A DNA stretch of 63,932 bases, the filler included, from Octopus bimaculoides (taxonomy: Eukaryota), in NCBI RefSeq assembly GCF_001194135.2. It is 5 parts of 5 records of this genome, joined end to end, with 100 filler letters (N's around TTAATTAATTAA, not from the genome) between each part and the next. Parts side by side here need not be neighbours in the genome. Positions count along the whole stretch, not along the records: positions 1 to 29,105 come from NC_068986.1; 4 more parts are not named here. The stretch is one strand, 5' to 3'. Shown here piece by piece: positions 1 through 12,045 of this stretch; within the stretch, counting starts at the first letter, position 1, and each line of letters opens with the position of its first letter. Position numbers and translations under genes: made by a program. A model generated the notes under the pieces. It worked only from the letters and a program-made list of their open reading frames with translations. It ran no database searches and was not told where the DNA came from.

Positions 1-105
1 TTGTTTGTCCCCTCTATGTTTAGCCCCTTGTGGGCAATAAAGAAATAAGATTAAAAGACGAATCTATATTCAACCTTTTTACAGCTATATATATATATAT
101 ATATA

Positions 106-420
106 TAATGTTGGAATTTACAAAAAAAAAGAAAAAAGACGAAGACGGGTGTGTAAACAACAAACAGATGTATTAGTTTAACGCTCGGGAAGTGAGAAAG
201 TCTTTTACGTTTCGAGCCTACGCTCTTTAACAGAAAGGAACACAGAAATAAACAGAGAGAGACAGCAAATGAAAGACAGATGGAATATACGAGGATTTAT
301 TATTAATCACGGCAATTGTTTCGAGACATCTAGCATCGATTTGTCATGGGTGGAACACACTCAACAACTGGTTCAGGAGCATCCGGTGGTGCAGATGTAT
401 CTCGTCGGGTCATAAATAAA
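106..420 (-). mobile_element. Probable Penelope-like element terminal-repeat (pLTR) fragment containing a hammerhead-like motif
   Basis: The minus strand of 201-238 has minimal hammerhead topology ending in GCUCGAAACGUA, typical of PLE termini. Family assignment is by recognition only. Confidence 0.35.
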
Positions 421-539
421 TTCAACTCGTTAAAATGACTGTTCCACAATGTAACTTTCCGTTTTGTAGAGAGAAAATCAGCCAGACGGAGGAAATATCT
501 TCATTTATATAGAAGATCAAAAATAAAACCACAGATGGC

Positions 540-770
540 AAAAAGAGAAACAAACATGCTGTCCACTTTTGCATGCTCACATGGATCAGACAGACTGTTA
601 TGGCTGGACACCCTTCCTGTTGCCAACCCTCGCCAATTTTCAAGCAATATTTCACCATACCCAGACATGTTTACGTGGCAGATTGGAAACGAAGAGCACC
701 TCTTATATGACAGTTACACCTGCTTACTACCACTGGCCATTGCAAAGGCAAGGAGACAGTAAAACACACA
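540..770 (-). mobile_element. Diverged RTE-tailed SINE-like repeat (variant family)
   Basis: Contains gctggacacccttcctgttgccaaccctc, matching 23140-23170 (gccagatgcctttcctgtcaccaactctcacc) and the reverse complement of the RTE-tail motif ggttggcgttaggaagggcatccagc. Confidence 0.6.
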
Positions 771-1298
771 CATACATATACATGCAATAACACCAAGAAT
801 GATAATATTCAAAGTCTCGCGATGTTTTGTTGTTTGTAGTAATGACAACACTTTTCTTCACAAAAAAAAAATATTTCGTTTATCAAAAATTTCAACAGAT
901 ATCAGTGTAGTTCATAAGGTATTTAAGCTCGATATTTTAATCCAGCGTTCCACACACTATGCCAGTCCACACACACACACACACACACACACACNNNNNN
1001 NNNNNNNNNNNNNNNNNNNNNNNNNNNNNNNNNNNNNNNNNNNNNNNNNNNNNNNNNNNNNNNNNNNNNNNNNNNNNNNNNNNNNNNNNNNNNNNNNNNN
1101 NNNNNNNNNNNNNNNNNNNNNNNNNNNNNNNNNNNNNNNNNNNNNNNNNNNNNNNNNNNNNNNNNNNNNNNNNNNNNNNNNNNNNNNNNNNNNNNNNNNN
1201 NNNNNNNNNNNNNNNNNNNNNNNNNNNNNNNNNNNNNNNNNNNNNNNNNNNNNNNNNNNNNNNNNNNNNNNNNNNNNNNNNNNNNNNNNNNNNNNNNN

Positions 1299-2332
1299 TT
1301 TGATTCTTGAACTCTGTAGTCAGTAGGAGAAAGATCTGGAGAATAAGCTGGGTGGGGAAGAGCTTCGTAACCAAGTTCCCTCAACTTCTGGAGTGTCCTT
1401 AGTGAAACGTGTTGTCGAGCATTGTCATGAAGAATGATTGGTCCTCTTCTATTGTTCAGTCTGTGATGGAGGAGTAGCAGTTGTCGTTCCTTTTTTTTTT
1501 TTTTCAATTTCATGGCAATATGTTTCTGCAGTAATGGGTTTTTCCAGGTTTTAAGAAGTTATAGTGGATGAGTCCAGCAGTACACCACCAAACAGTCACC
1601 ATTATCTTCTTTTTGAAGAGCTCGGGTTTAGAGAAAGTTTTCGGTGCTTCATTTTGGTCCAACCATTGTGAAGAACGTTTTTTATTATTGTACAGAATCC
1701 ACTTTTCATCGCTAGTTACTATACGGTCGAGAAATAGATCGGTCTGGTTACGGAGAAGCGACGAGCAAATTTCATATCTGCACATTTTCTGATTTTCATT
1801 CAAATCGTATGGTACCCATTTGTCGAGCTTTTTTGATTTTCCGATCGCATGCAAATGGTTGTAGGCAGTTTTCTGGCTAACTTGAAATTCTTTTGCCTGT
1901 TCTCGAGTAGTTTTACGTGGATCTTTCTCAATGACGGTCTTTAATTGACCGTGATTGACAACAGATAGGGGTCCACTACGCTCACAATCTTCAAGGCTCC
2001 GGTCTCCACTGCGAAATCGTTCAAACCATTTTCGAGCTGACCACTCACTGGTCATTTCCTCGCCGAATGTTTCGTTGATATTGTGAGCAGTTTCAGCTGC
2101 TTTACGTCCTTTTTTTAAAGTTGAATAGCAAAATTGCTCGAATATCGCGCTTTGACAGTTCCATTTCAGATGATTGTAACAACGGCGAAAAAATATCAAT
2201 GTTAATCTATTGATACATTTGGGATAGTCTATGTCTCTATTATCAGACAATTTCAAAAAAACTCAAAACTCTACAAAAATCCGGTATAAATTCTTTATGG
2301 TTCAAAACGTTGCTTATTTTTTACTCAAACTG

Positions 2333-2335
<3 letters not shown>
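1299..2335 (-). mobile_element. Mariner (DD34D) DNA transposon; 3' end truncated or lost in N gap
   Basis: The 5' TIR-like end reads TA|TCAGTTTGAGTAAAAAATAAGC on the minus strand, with TA at 2334-2335. It is followed by transposase coding sequence. Confidence 0.9.
1310..2164 (-). pseudogene. Mariner transposase pseudogene with two frameshifts
   Basis: ATG at 2164 (MELSKRDIRAILLFNFKK), frameshift in an A-run into GRKAAETAHNINETFG (HTH). Motifs WVPYDL, IVTSDEKW and KKIMVTVWW follow. A second frameshift near 1535 leads into LHDNARQH...[10 protein letters not shown], with exactly 34 residues between the 2nd and 3rd catalytic D. Confidence 0.93.
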
Positions 2336-2389
<54 letters not shown>

Positions 2390-2392
<3 letters not shown>

Positions 2393-2530
2393 ATTATTTG
2401 TTTCAGGCATTAAACTACGGCCATGCTGGGGTACTACTTTCAAGAATTTTACTCCAACGAATCGACCTCAGTACTTACTTTTTTTTAAGCCTGGCACCTT
2501 TGCCGAACTGCTAAGTTACGGACAGACGTT
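2390..2530 (-). mobile_element. 3' fragment of tRNA-derived SINE family A
   Basis: Shares ggccatgctgg, tcgacc-cagtactt, aagcctgg-ac and gccgaactgctaagttacgg with full-length copies at 9835-10233. Confidence 0.7.
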
Positions 2531-2849
2531 TCTGCCAGCTCGCCTGCCTTAACCAAACAGTACATTATCATCAGACATACAATACATGCATACACGACGC
2601 CTGCGCTTCTCTATATACCAGTGAGCTCCATGTGCTCCGCCTATTTTTTAGCTGTCAGTGCATGTTGTACAATTATACTGAGGTGACAAAAGTATGCGCT
2701 GCACACTGCATATGTTACAAATATGATTATTAATCGCTACATGAGTTTAAGCGACCATACTTTTCTGTAGACATCAGTTTCTTTAGCGCGTTGGTTGCAG
2801 GACGTGTGCGCGAGCATATGCATACAGTTTAGAGAAACAGAGCTAGATC

Positions 2850-3054
2850 CTCTATGTGGTCGATTAACTGGGTAGAAATAGTAACTGAATATCCCTCGAA
2901 TCCTATCCAACTGCCTTAGAAAGGGGAATGACACAACAATTGGATACTGTGGTCCTAGATACACTATGCTATGCCTCACAAAAGACAGAATGGCCATAAG
3001 TGGAACGCCTTTACTCTTAAATTCACTCAGCGCTGACCTGGGACTAAACAACAA
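2850..3054 (+). mobile_element. SINE 3' region ending gctgacctgggactaaacaacaa; its tail is interrupted by the MITE at 3057
   Basis: The same motifs (tagaaatag, ggata-tgtggtcctagata, gctgacct-ggactaaac) recur at about 6480-6605, 9350-9480, 13750-13980 and 37725-37860. Confidence 0.6.
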
Positions 3055-3056
3055 TA

Positions 3057-3726
3057 CAGACTGTCCTCATTTAACGACCGAGTTACGTTCCAACAGCCCC
3101 GTCGTTAAGCAAATTCGTCGTTAAACGAATATTCATAGGGTACGTATTTTTTTTTTATAGGTATAGTGTACTGTACGTACATATAAAAACAGAATACTGT
3201 ACTGTATAAAGTATATGCAGTACAGGGCCAAGAATCCCTAACATAAATTGTTGAAAAATGAATAAGTAACAGTAAGATTATCACAAGGAAAACCTTAAAA
3301 GCTAGGATATGGATACTGCATTATTGTAGCTCAGACACCGTAAGTATGTCTGTGATTCCAGGCCCAGTACATAGGATGCCTAATAAACTTTTCTCGGGAT
3401 TATATAGAAAAGGTGAAAAGGTTTAAAGGAAACTCAAACATAATAACTTTGTTTTACTTTGGATAAAGATTACAAAAGCAACTCTTTCTTGACATCAAAA
3501 TGCATGAAAAATCCCGTCAGTGTTGTTTGCTTTGTTATCTTCTTTTATTCGTCATAAATTTCTCGATAACTTCGGAAAAGTTCAGTTGTCTACCTTGGAA
3601 AATCGCTCAAAATTTGGATCCATCGCCTCAAGTTCTATTTTGTAAAATATGTAATGACGGCTCGTAAAGTTCGTCGTAACTCCGAGTGGTCGTTAAATAG
3701 GTAGGTCGTTAAATGAGGACAGTCTG
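3057..3726. mobile_element. Non-autonomous Tc1/mariner-superfamily MITE (pogo/Tigger-like), 670 bp
   Basis: Perfect 23-bp TIRs CAGACTGTCCTCATTTAACGACC (3057-3079 and 3704-3726), TA on both sides (3055-56, 3727-28) and repeated subterminal GTCGTTAA motifs. Confidence 0.92.
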
Positions 3727-4284
3727 TAACAAACTATCTCAAGTATATTTGTAGCTAAAAAGACTGAACCAGTGAGAAATACCTTGCTCAAGGACACACT
3801 GTAATTGATGTTGTTAGGATAGAAATCTTCGGCCTGTTTGTCTGATAACTGAATATAACATTAGTTCAACTTCTCCCTTCTCTCTTCCACTCGCTGTTTC
3901 CTCTTCGATTCGCATATTCACTGATGACGGCTGTAATTATAATTAGGTGTCAGTGTAATTATAATTAGGTGTCAGTGCTAGTGCACAGAGAACACAATAC
4001 AGAGTATAACGAAGGCAGCTGTAGTGAAACTGGTTTGACTGTGGCGATAGAGCACGGCCAGCCAGTCGGGTGTCACAGGAAGTTGGACCGCAGATGCTCA
4101 TTAAAAACCCCCCACTCGACAACTAATAACCTGTCATTACAAATAATTATTGAGTACAATAATGTAATGAAATGAAACCTCCTATCCTTTCCTTACCTAA
4201 AAATCATCATTGAAATAACTATTATCCTCTTCATCATCATCATCATCCTCACCACCACCACCACCACCGCTATCATCAGTAATA

Positions 4285-4705
4285 TAAGCCTTAAAGATTT
4301 ATCCCGATGTAGAGTACATCTGGCTTGTTAAGAATTACACCTTCTACTGTAGGGACAAAGTCTGAAATTTATGGGGAGCGGGGAATAGTCGATCACACCG
4401 ACCCCCAGTGCGCAACTGGTACTTATTTCATCGACCCCGAAAGAATAAAAGGCAAAATCAACCTTAATAATAACAATAATAATAATAATAATAATCCTTT
4501 CTACTATAGGCACGAGGCCTGAAATTTTGGCGAGGAAGGGAGCCGATTAGAACCCAGTATGCAACTGGTACTTAATTTATCGACCTGAAAGGATGAAAGG
4601 CAAAGTCGACCTCAGCGGAATTTGAACTCAGAACGTAAAGACAGACGAAATACCGCTAAGCATTTCGCCTGGCGTGCTAACGTTTCTACCAGCTCGCTGC
4701 TTTAA
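4285..4705 (-). mobile_element. Two adjacent or nested copies of tRNA-derived SINE family B
   Basis: The minus strand reads ggcgagctggtagaaacgttagcacg...gagttcaaattccgctgaggtcgactttgcctttcatcctttcagg-tcgataaattaagtaccagttgc. The core occurs twice (4420-4465 and 4560-4615), separated by (AAT)n. Confidence 0.85.
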
Positions 4706-5062
4706 TAATAATAATGGAATGTTATAGACGCATTAGATTAATACTTTAAACAGCATTAAACGAAATACACACAATACATTATATTTCTTTTTGTTGTCTC
4801 TCTCTTCTCTATTTTTCTACCACTACTATTGTGGTTTCTGCTCCTCAGAGATTTCTAATTTTGTACTGCCTTTAGATTATAACAGCTGGCATCTCACATC
4901 TAGTATTTCAAATTTTACAGTCCCGATCAGCAGGCTGGATTTGTATGCAAACATTTGAATACAGAACATATATGAATGTATCTAAATTCTGGATTAAATG
5001 AGGTTGTAGCAGGATTATTTAGCAATCAGATCACTATACCTGATGTCACAATTCTCTAGAGT

Positions 5063-5449
5063 ATTGTTGTTGGCACTCCATCGCTTACGACGTCGAGGGT
5101 CCCACTTGATCCGATCAACAGGACAGCCTGCTCGTGAAATTAACGTGCAAGTGGCTGAGCACTCCACAGACACATGTACTCTTAACGTAGTTCTCGGGGA
5201 TATTCAGCGTGATACAGTGTGACAAGGCTGACCCTTTGAATTACAGGCACAACAGAAACAGGAAGTAAGAGTGAGAGAAAGTTGTGGTTGCAGAGTACAG
5301 CAGGGTTCGCCACCATCCCCTGCCGGAGCCTCATGGCGCTTTAGGTGTTTTCGATCAATAAACACTCACAACGCCCGGTCTGGGAATCGAAACCGCGATC
5401 CTATGACCGCGAGTCTGCTGCCCTAACCACTGGTCCATTGCGCCTCCAC
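5063..5449 (-). mobile_element. Full-length tRNA-derived SINE family C (tRNA-Arg-like head)
   Basis: The minus strand starts gtggaggcgcaatggaccagtggttagggcagcagactcgcggtcataggatcgcggtttcgattcccagacc (Pol III A and B boxes) and ends in an (AAC)-like tail. Confidence 0.85.
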
Positions 5450-5816
5450 AAAGCCCTAGAATATTATTCAGGTGATAAAAAAAATCTGACCAATTAAGAC
5501 TCCACTTGGAACAGGATCCAACAACAATTACATCCTTTGGCGTGCTTCTTTGTGAACCTAACCATCACAATAGATTTGATTCACCTTAGCTATGCTGATA
5601 GAGAGAATTGAGAGACAGCAAAGGATCAGGAGATGACAAACAGATGGCGGACAGCAGCTGACCCAAGCTGACAGCAGCTAAACAATGTACCAATGACAAC
5701 AGCAATATCAACTAACCATACTTTGACTGCTGTTACAATCACACCAATAATAATAATAATAATAATATTTAAACTCTTTCGGCATTTTGTTGTTTATAGT
5801 AATGACAACATCTTTC

Positions 5817-6193
5817 TTTACTCTTTTACTTGTTTTAGTCATTTGACTGTGGCCATGCTGGAGCACCACCTTTTAGTCGAGCTAATCAACCCCAGGACTT
5901 ATTCTTTGTAAACCTAGTACTTATTCTATCAATCTCTGTTGCCGAACTGCTAAGTTACGGGAACGTAAACACACCAGCATCGGCTGTCAAGCGATTTTGG
6001 GGGGACAAACACAGACACACAAACATATACACACACATAGATACATATATATATATATATATATATATGACGGGCTTCTTTCAGTTTCTGTCTACCAGAT
6101 CCACTCACAAGGCTTTGGTCAGCCCGAGGCTATAGAAGACACTTGCCCAGAGTGCCACGCAGTGGGACTGAACCCGGAACCATGTGGTTGGTT
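5817..6193 (-). mobile_element. SINE family A, 5'-truncated, with internal (TA)n
   Basis: Near-identical to 9835-10233. It has an aaaagagt tail and is inserted into a duplicated unique segment. Confidence 0.9.
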
Positions 6194-6719
6194 ACAAAAA
6201 CAAATAAATATTTTGTTTATCAAAAAATCTCAACAGATATCAGTGTACTTCTTCATAATAAGGTATTTAATCTAGATATTTAATCCAGTGTTTCATAGAG
6301 TATATCAGTCCATCAGTCTATCAATGAATAAATAATTGTTAAATTCTGAGTGAGTCTCTCTATACTGATGACCTCCACTGAGACACCAAGGATGCCTCTA
6401 CATGGTTACTCAACCCACAAAAACAAAGCAACCGAAATTTACTTCCTGTTACACAAATCTAGCTTTAAAAATACAAAGGACACATCAAATAATGTAGTCC
6501 TTGATATACTATTCTCAGAAAAAACAAGTGGAGTTGTCATGACGGGAATGTCTTTGAATGTAGGATCTGGGTTAATTAGGGCTGACCTAGGACTAAACCA
6601 AAAAATGACAGATGAACTAAATCAGAGCCAACAAGCATAAAAAAGAACAGACACATTACACCATGTACTCCTAAATATCCCCAAAAGGTGAGACAGTTAA
6701 GGCTGGAATGTACGCCTTA

Positions 6720-7040
6720 CTACAAGCGTCGCCTTTCTGGCATTTGTGCCGGTGGCACATGAAAAAACATTCGAGCGAGATCGTTGCCAGTGCCGCTGGA
6801 CTGGCTCCTGCGCAGGTGGCACATAAAATACACCATTTCGAGCATGGCCATTGCCAGTACCGCCTGACTGGCCTTCATGCCGGTGGCACGTAAAAGCACT
6901 CACTACACTCTCGGAGTGGTTGGCATTAGGAAGGGCATCCAGCTGTAGAAACTCTGCCAAATCAGATTGGACCCTGGTGTAGTCATCTGGTTCGCCAGTC
7001 CTCAGTCAAATCGTCCAACCCATGCTAGCATGGAAAGCGG
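6720..7040 (+). mobile_element. RTE-tailed SINE-like element with 3 internal hairpin units
   Basis: gtggcac units at 6752, 6816 and 6883, then ggagtggttggcattaggaagggcatccagctgtagaaac...catgctagcatggaaagcggacattaaac(gat)n. Confidence 0.85.
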
Positions 7041-7084
7041 ACATTAAACGATGATGATATATTCTTTCCTGGATGAGATGCAGG

Positions 7085-7250
7085 TCCATTGCAGAATTTC
7101 GCATTTTTACCAGCTGAGTGGACTGGAACAACATGAAATGAAGTGTTTTGCTCAAGAACACAATGTACTGCCCAGTTCTGGAATCGAAACCACAATCTTA
7201 CAAATCATAAATCCAACACCTTAACCACTAATCCATGAGTTTCCACAATT
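7085..7250 (-). mobile_element. tRNA-derived SINE family D 5' part (diverged)
   Basis: The minus strand has a tRNA-like head plus ttgagcaaaacacttcatttcatgttgttccagtccactcagctgg. A similar sequence occurs at 32880-33010 on the plus strand. Confidence 0.6.
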
Positions 7251-7472
7251 CAAGCCATAATCACCTGAAAAACCTTGCAAAACATGGACGATGTTCCAAA
7301 GTAGGTTCTAGTTAGCAAATATAACAACCTGGTTCTAATAATTGTGATAGAGAATAATTAACGATATGACATTGTTTGAAAAACAGCAGTCAGGTTAATG
7401 TTGATATATTAACATTAAATATGTTAACATATTAACACATTTAATACAAGGAGAATTTTTACTTAGAATTAT

Positions 7473-7482
7473 AGTAGTAGTA

Positions 7483-7537
<55 letters not shown>

Positions 7538-7550
7538 AGGTGGTAGTGGT
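7473..7550. repeat. (TAG)n microsatellite
   Basis: Direct reading. Confidence 0.95.
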
Positions 7551-7843
7551 GGCTGTTAAAATAAGTGAATGTACGTGTTGTCAGTGAGAATTGTTCCTTG
7601 TCAAAGTTTCCAGTAAAATATGATAGAAAGGAAATGAGTAATTTCAGTTTTGTTTTTTGTAGATATTGAATTGTAAAAGAAGTGTATAAAATTTAAATCC
7701 GATATAATAGGTTACATGATGACACATTCATAAGAGAAAAAAAAACCGTCGATTTTGAATGTGGTAGGGGTGAATTTCTATTTTTGTATTTTGAAAAAAA
7801 AATATCCTCATTGCCAGAAATAAACATTAAACACACGTGTGTG

Positions 7844-8150
<307 letters not shown>

Positions 8151-8344
8151 CACCACACATGGCCTGACATTAAGTCAAAACCATATTTTTATGTTTGTCT
8201 CTTCATAGAAAATACAAGTCGATTTACAAGCATGGGCATGTGATTCACCTCACACATGCACACATACAAATATATACACAAATACACAATATACATACAC
8301 AGCTATAAACACTAATAAAAGCACACACACACATTTACCAGTTT

Positions 8345-8795
8345 TCAGACTGGCTCCTCTGCTGGTGGCACATAAAAAGTACCATTTGAGTGTGATCGAT
8401 ATCAGTGCCACCTGACTGGTCCCATGCTGGTGGCACGTAAAAAACACCATCCAAGTGTGGTCGATGCCAGCGCCGCCTGACTGGCTCCTGTGCCAGTGAC
8501 ATGTAAAAAGCACCATCTAAGCGTGCTTGATGCTAGTGACGCCTAGCTGGCCCCTGTGGCGGTAGCACATAAAAAGCTACCATCCAAGCATGGTCGTTGC
8601 CAGTGCCGCCTAACTGGCCCTCGTGCTGGTGGTACATAAAAAGCACCCACTACACTCTTGGAGTGGTTGGCATTAGGAACAGCATCCAGCTGTAGAAACC
8701 TTGCCAGATCAGATTAGATCCTGGTGTAGCCTCCTGGCTTGCCAGTCCTCAGTCAAACCATCCAAGTATGGAAAATGGACATTAAACGACGATGA
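8345..8795 (+). mobile_element. RTE-tailed SINE-like element with 5 internal hairpin units
   Basis: Units at about 8365, 8430, 8496, 8562 and 8629, followed by the RTE-type tail ending ggacattaaacgacgatgat. Confidence 0.85.
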
Positions 8796-8928
8796 TATGT
8801 ATAGAAACACATATATAATTTATAAACAATTATGTAGCTTTGATGCATGCTACCTTACAAGTGCACATGCACATATACATATTCCCATGCATTTTCATAC
8901 ACAGTTGCACGATAGCAATAAGAAAGGT

Positions 8929-8995
<67 letters not shown>

Positions 8996-9506
8996 TGCAT
9001 ATAAATAAAAAAGGCATGTGAGCAAACGTGCACACACATATACACACATACTGTCCAAATCCTAACTTGTCTTTAACATAAGACATGGAAAAAGATTTTA
9101 TAGATGTAATCATTAAGATCATGTCATTAATGTATTTCATGCAGAGATTAATAAAAACTAAATTAGAAATCATTGGACATTGGACAAAAGTAATATTAGA
9201 TAATGACTAATATTGTATTAATTATTTCAGTAGGGATGGGAAGTAACTCAGAACATGTTTCTAGTCTTATTCTTGTCTTATCAGCGAATGCACAAACTTT
9301 CATATATCTGCAGATATAAAGCTGAAACAACCACTAGGTACCATATTCACACAGCAGCCAAATCTCCCTCAAGTCATTTGTACCTTCTTAAAAGATGATA
9401 GGACAATTTAGCTCTATACACACAGAAAGGAATGATGGTCATCACTGGAATGTCTCCGGTTACAGGTATGATTTCAGGCTCGGCAAAACCAAGAGATATT
9501 TAGCTT

Positions 9507-9823
9507 TTATCTTTTACTTGTTTCCGTTATTAGACTGTGGTCATGCTGGAGCACTGCCTTAAGAAATTTTAGTTGAATGAATCTACCCCAGTACTTTTTT
9601 TAAAACCTGGTACTTATTCTATTAGTCTCTATTGCTGAACTGCTAAGTTGTAGGGATGTAAACACATCAACACCAGTTGTCAAGTATTGGTGATAGACAA
9701 ACACACAAAGAGACACACAAACACATTACACACACACACATACCCAAGGTGCCGCACAGTGTAACTGAACCCAGATCAATGTGGTTTGGAGGCAAAATTC
9801 TTACCACACAGCTATGCCTGCAT
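9507..9823 (-). mobile_element. Older, diverged SINE family A copy
   Basis: Same domain order as the adjacent younger copy, with more substitutions and an internal deletion. Confidence 0.8.
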
Positions 9824-9834
9824 ACACTCACAAA

Positions 9835-10233
9835 TTACTCACTTTACTTGTTTCAGTCATTTGACTGTGGCCATGCTGGAGCACCGCCTTTAGTCAAGCA
9901 AATCGACCCCAGGACTTATTCTTTAGAAGCCTAGTACTTATTCTATCGGTCTCTTTTGCCGAACCGCTAAGTGACGGGGACGTAAACACACCAGCACCGG
10001 TTGTCGTGATGTTGGTGGGACAAACACAGACACATAAATATACACATACATATATATATATATATATATACGACGGGCTTCTTTCAGTTTCCGTCTACCA
10101 AATCCACTCACAAGGCTTTGGTTGGCCCGAGGCTATAGTAGAAGACACTTGCCCAAGGTGCCACGCAGTGTGACTGAACCCGGAACCATGTGGTTGGTAA
10201 GCAAGCTACTTACCACACAGCCACTCCTGTGCC
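9835..10233 (-). mobile_element. Full-length tRNA-derived SINE family A (CORE/Nin-like ccttgggcaagt motif, internal TA/TG microsatellite, aaaagagt tail)
   Basis: The minus strand reads ggcacaggagtggctgtgtggtaagtagcttgc...ggttccgggttcagtcacactgcgtggcaccttgggcaagtgtcttc. There are more than 10 related copies in the window. Confidence 0.92.
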
Positions 10234-10371
10234 TATATATTATAAAAAAAAATTCTACATAAACACATCATTCTGATTTCTTTGAAAAACTAAGTACATA
10301 ACTGCTTCTTTGACGATACAGCAATCTATCACAATTAATTTAGCTGAAGAATTCTAATAAATTTTACAAAG

Positions 10372-10375
<4 letters not shown>

Positions 10376-10426
<51 letters not shown>
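10376..10426. repeat. (CT)n microsatellite
   Basis: Direct reading. Confidence 0.95.
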
Positions 10427-10697
10427 TGACCTAAATAGACAGAAGGTTTGATTCTTAGACCAAGTGCCACTTTTGTGTTCTTCCACAGAACATTTCTTTT
10501 CATGTTACCCTTGTCCACTCAACTGATAATCTGTACCAGCCTGGTACTGGTGCTGCCCTCTAGTAGTTACATCCCAGATGTTTTAGTTAGTCAGTCAGAA
10601 GGGTCCTTTACCTGCTCATCACGACATAAGCACCTAATACAATTAGTGAAATTATGGTGTATCAAACACATATACAAGTGATAACCTGCTGCTTCAT

Positions 10698-10750
<53 letters not shown>

Positions 10751-11240
10751 TGTTACAAGTCATTCTTATGGTTAACTTTGAAAGTATATTTTTGCCACCA
10801 TGAGCAACACCAGGAAATACGCCATACCATACAATAATTACAATTTAAATTTAATCAAGTCTCTTAGTGTTTATACAAAATGAGGAAATGAATACTAGTT
10901 TTCAAAAGAAAAATACTTATTATCTTAAAACAGAATTAAAGAAAACAAGGCTTTCATTTGTATATTTGTAATAAACATTATTTTTCTACAATATATATAT
11001 AATGCAACATTGGGGTATATAGCAACATAATTGCTATATATCCCAACAAAAAATATATATAAACATACACAAATCTATATTTTTCAGTAAGTTATGAGAC
11101 ACTTATCCTGTATCTCTTGTGTTAACTTTCTCTGTATCTCTCCTTTACTCTCTCTCCCCCTGCCCCCGATCTCTTTAGGATGTAAAATGTGACAGAATAA
11201 ATCAACCAACAAACCAACCATATAGCATTTATATCAACTG

Positions 11241-11282
<42 letters not shown>

Positions 11283-11959
11283 NNNNNNNNNNNNNNNNNN
11301 NNNNNNNNNNNNNNNNNNNNNNNNNNNNNNNNNNNNNNNNNNNNNNNNNNNNNNNNNNNNNNNNNNNNNNNNNNNNNNNNNNNNNNNNNNNNNNNNNNNN
11401 NNNNNNNNNNNNNNNNNNNNNNNNNNNNNNNNNNNNNNNNNNNNNNNNNNNNNNNNNNNNNNNNNNNNNNNNNNNNNNNNNNNNNNNNNNNNNNNNNNNN
11501 NNNNNNNNNNNNNNNNNNNNNNNNNNNNNNNNNNNNNNNNNNNNNNNNNNNNNNNNNNNNNNNNNNNNNNNNNNNNNNNNNNNNNNNNNNNNNNNNNNNN
11601 NNNNNNNNNNNNNNNNNNNNNNNNNNNNNNNNNNNNNNNNNNNNNNNNNNNNNNNNNNNNNNNNNNNNNNNNNNNNNNNNNNNNNNNNNNNNNNNNNNNN
11701 NNNNNNNNNNNNNNNNNNNNNNNNNNNNNNNNNNNNNNNNNNNNNNNNNNNNNNNNNNNNNNNNNNNNNNNNNNNNNNNNNNNNNNNNNNNNNNNNNNNN
11801 NNNNNNNNNNNNNNNNNNNNNNNNNNNNNNNNNNNNNNNNNNNNNNNNNNNNNNNNNNNNNNNNNNNNNNNNNNNNNNNNNNNNNNNNNNNNNNNNNNNN
11901 NNNNNNNNNNNNNNNNNNNNNNNNNNNNNNNNNNNNNNNNNNNNNNNNNNNNNNNNNNN

Positions 11960-11991
<32 letters not shown>

Positions 11992-12045
11992 CGAAAATTT
12001 AGATTCAGATGAATTAGGTACTTAAGTTGAGGCAAAGGAGATTAA

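Noticed and set aside
5370-5449. tRNA-like sequences (also at 14596, 16503, 32460, 32880, 54419)
   Set aside because: These are SINE heads with A/B boxes, lacking an intact acceptor stem or cloverleaf, and each continues into a SINE body.
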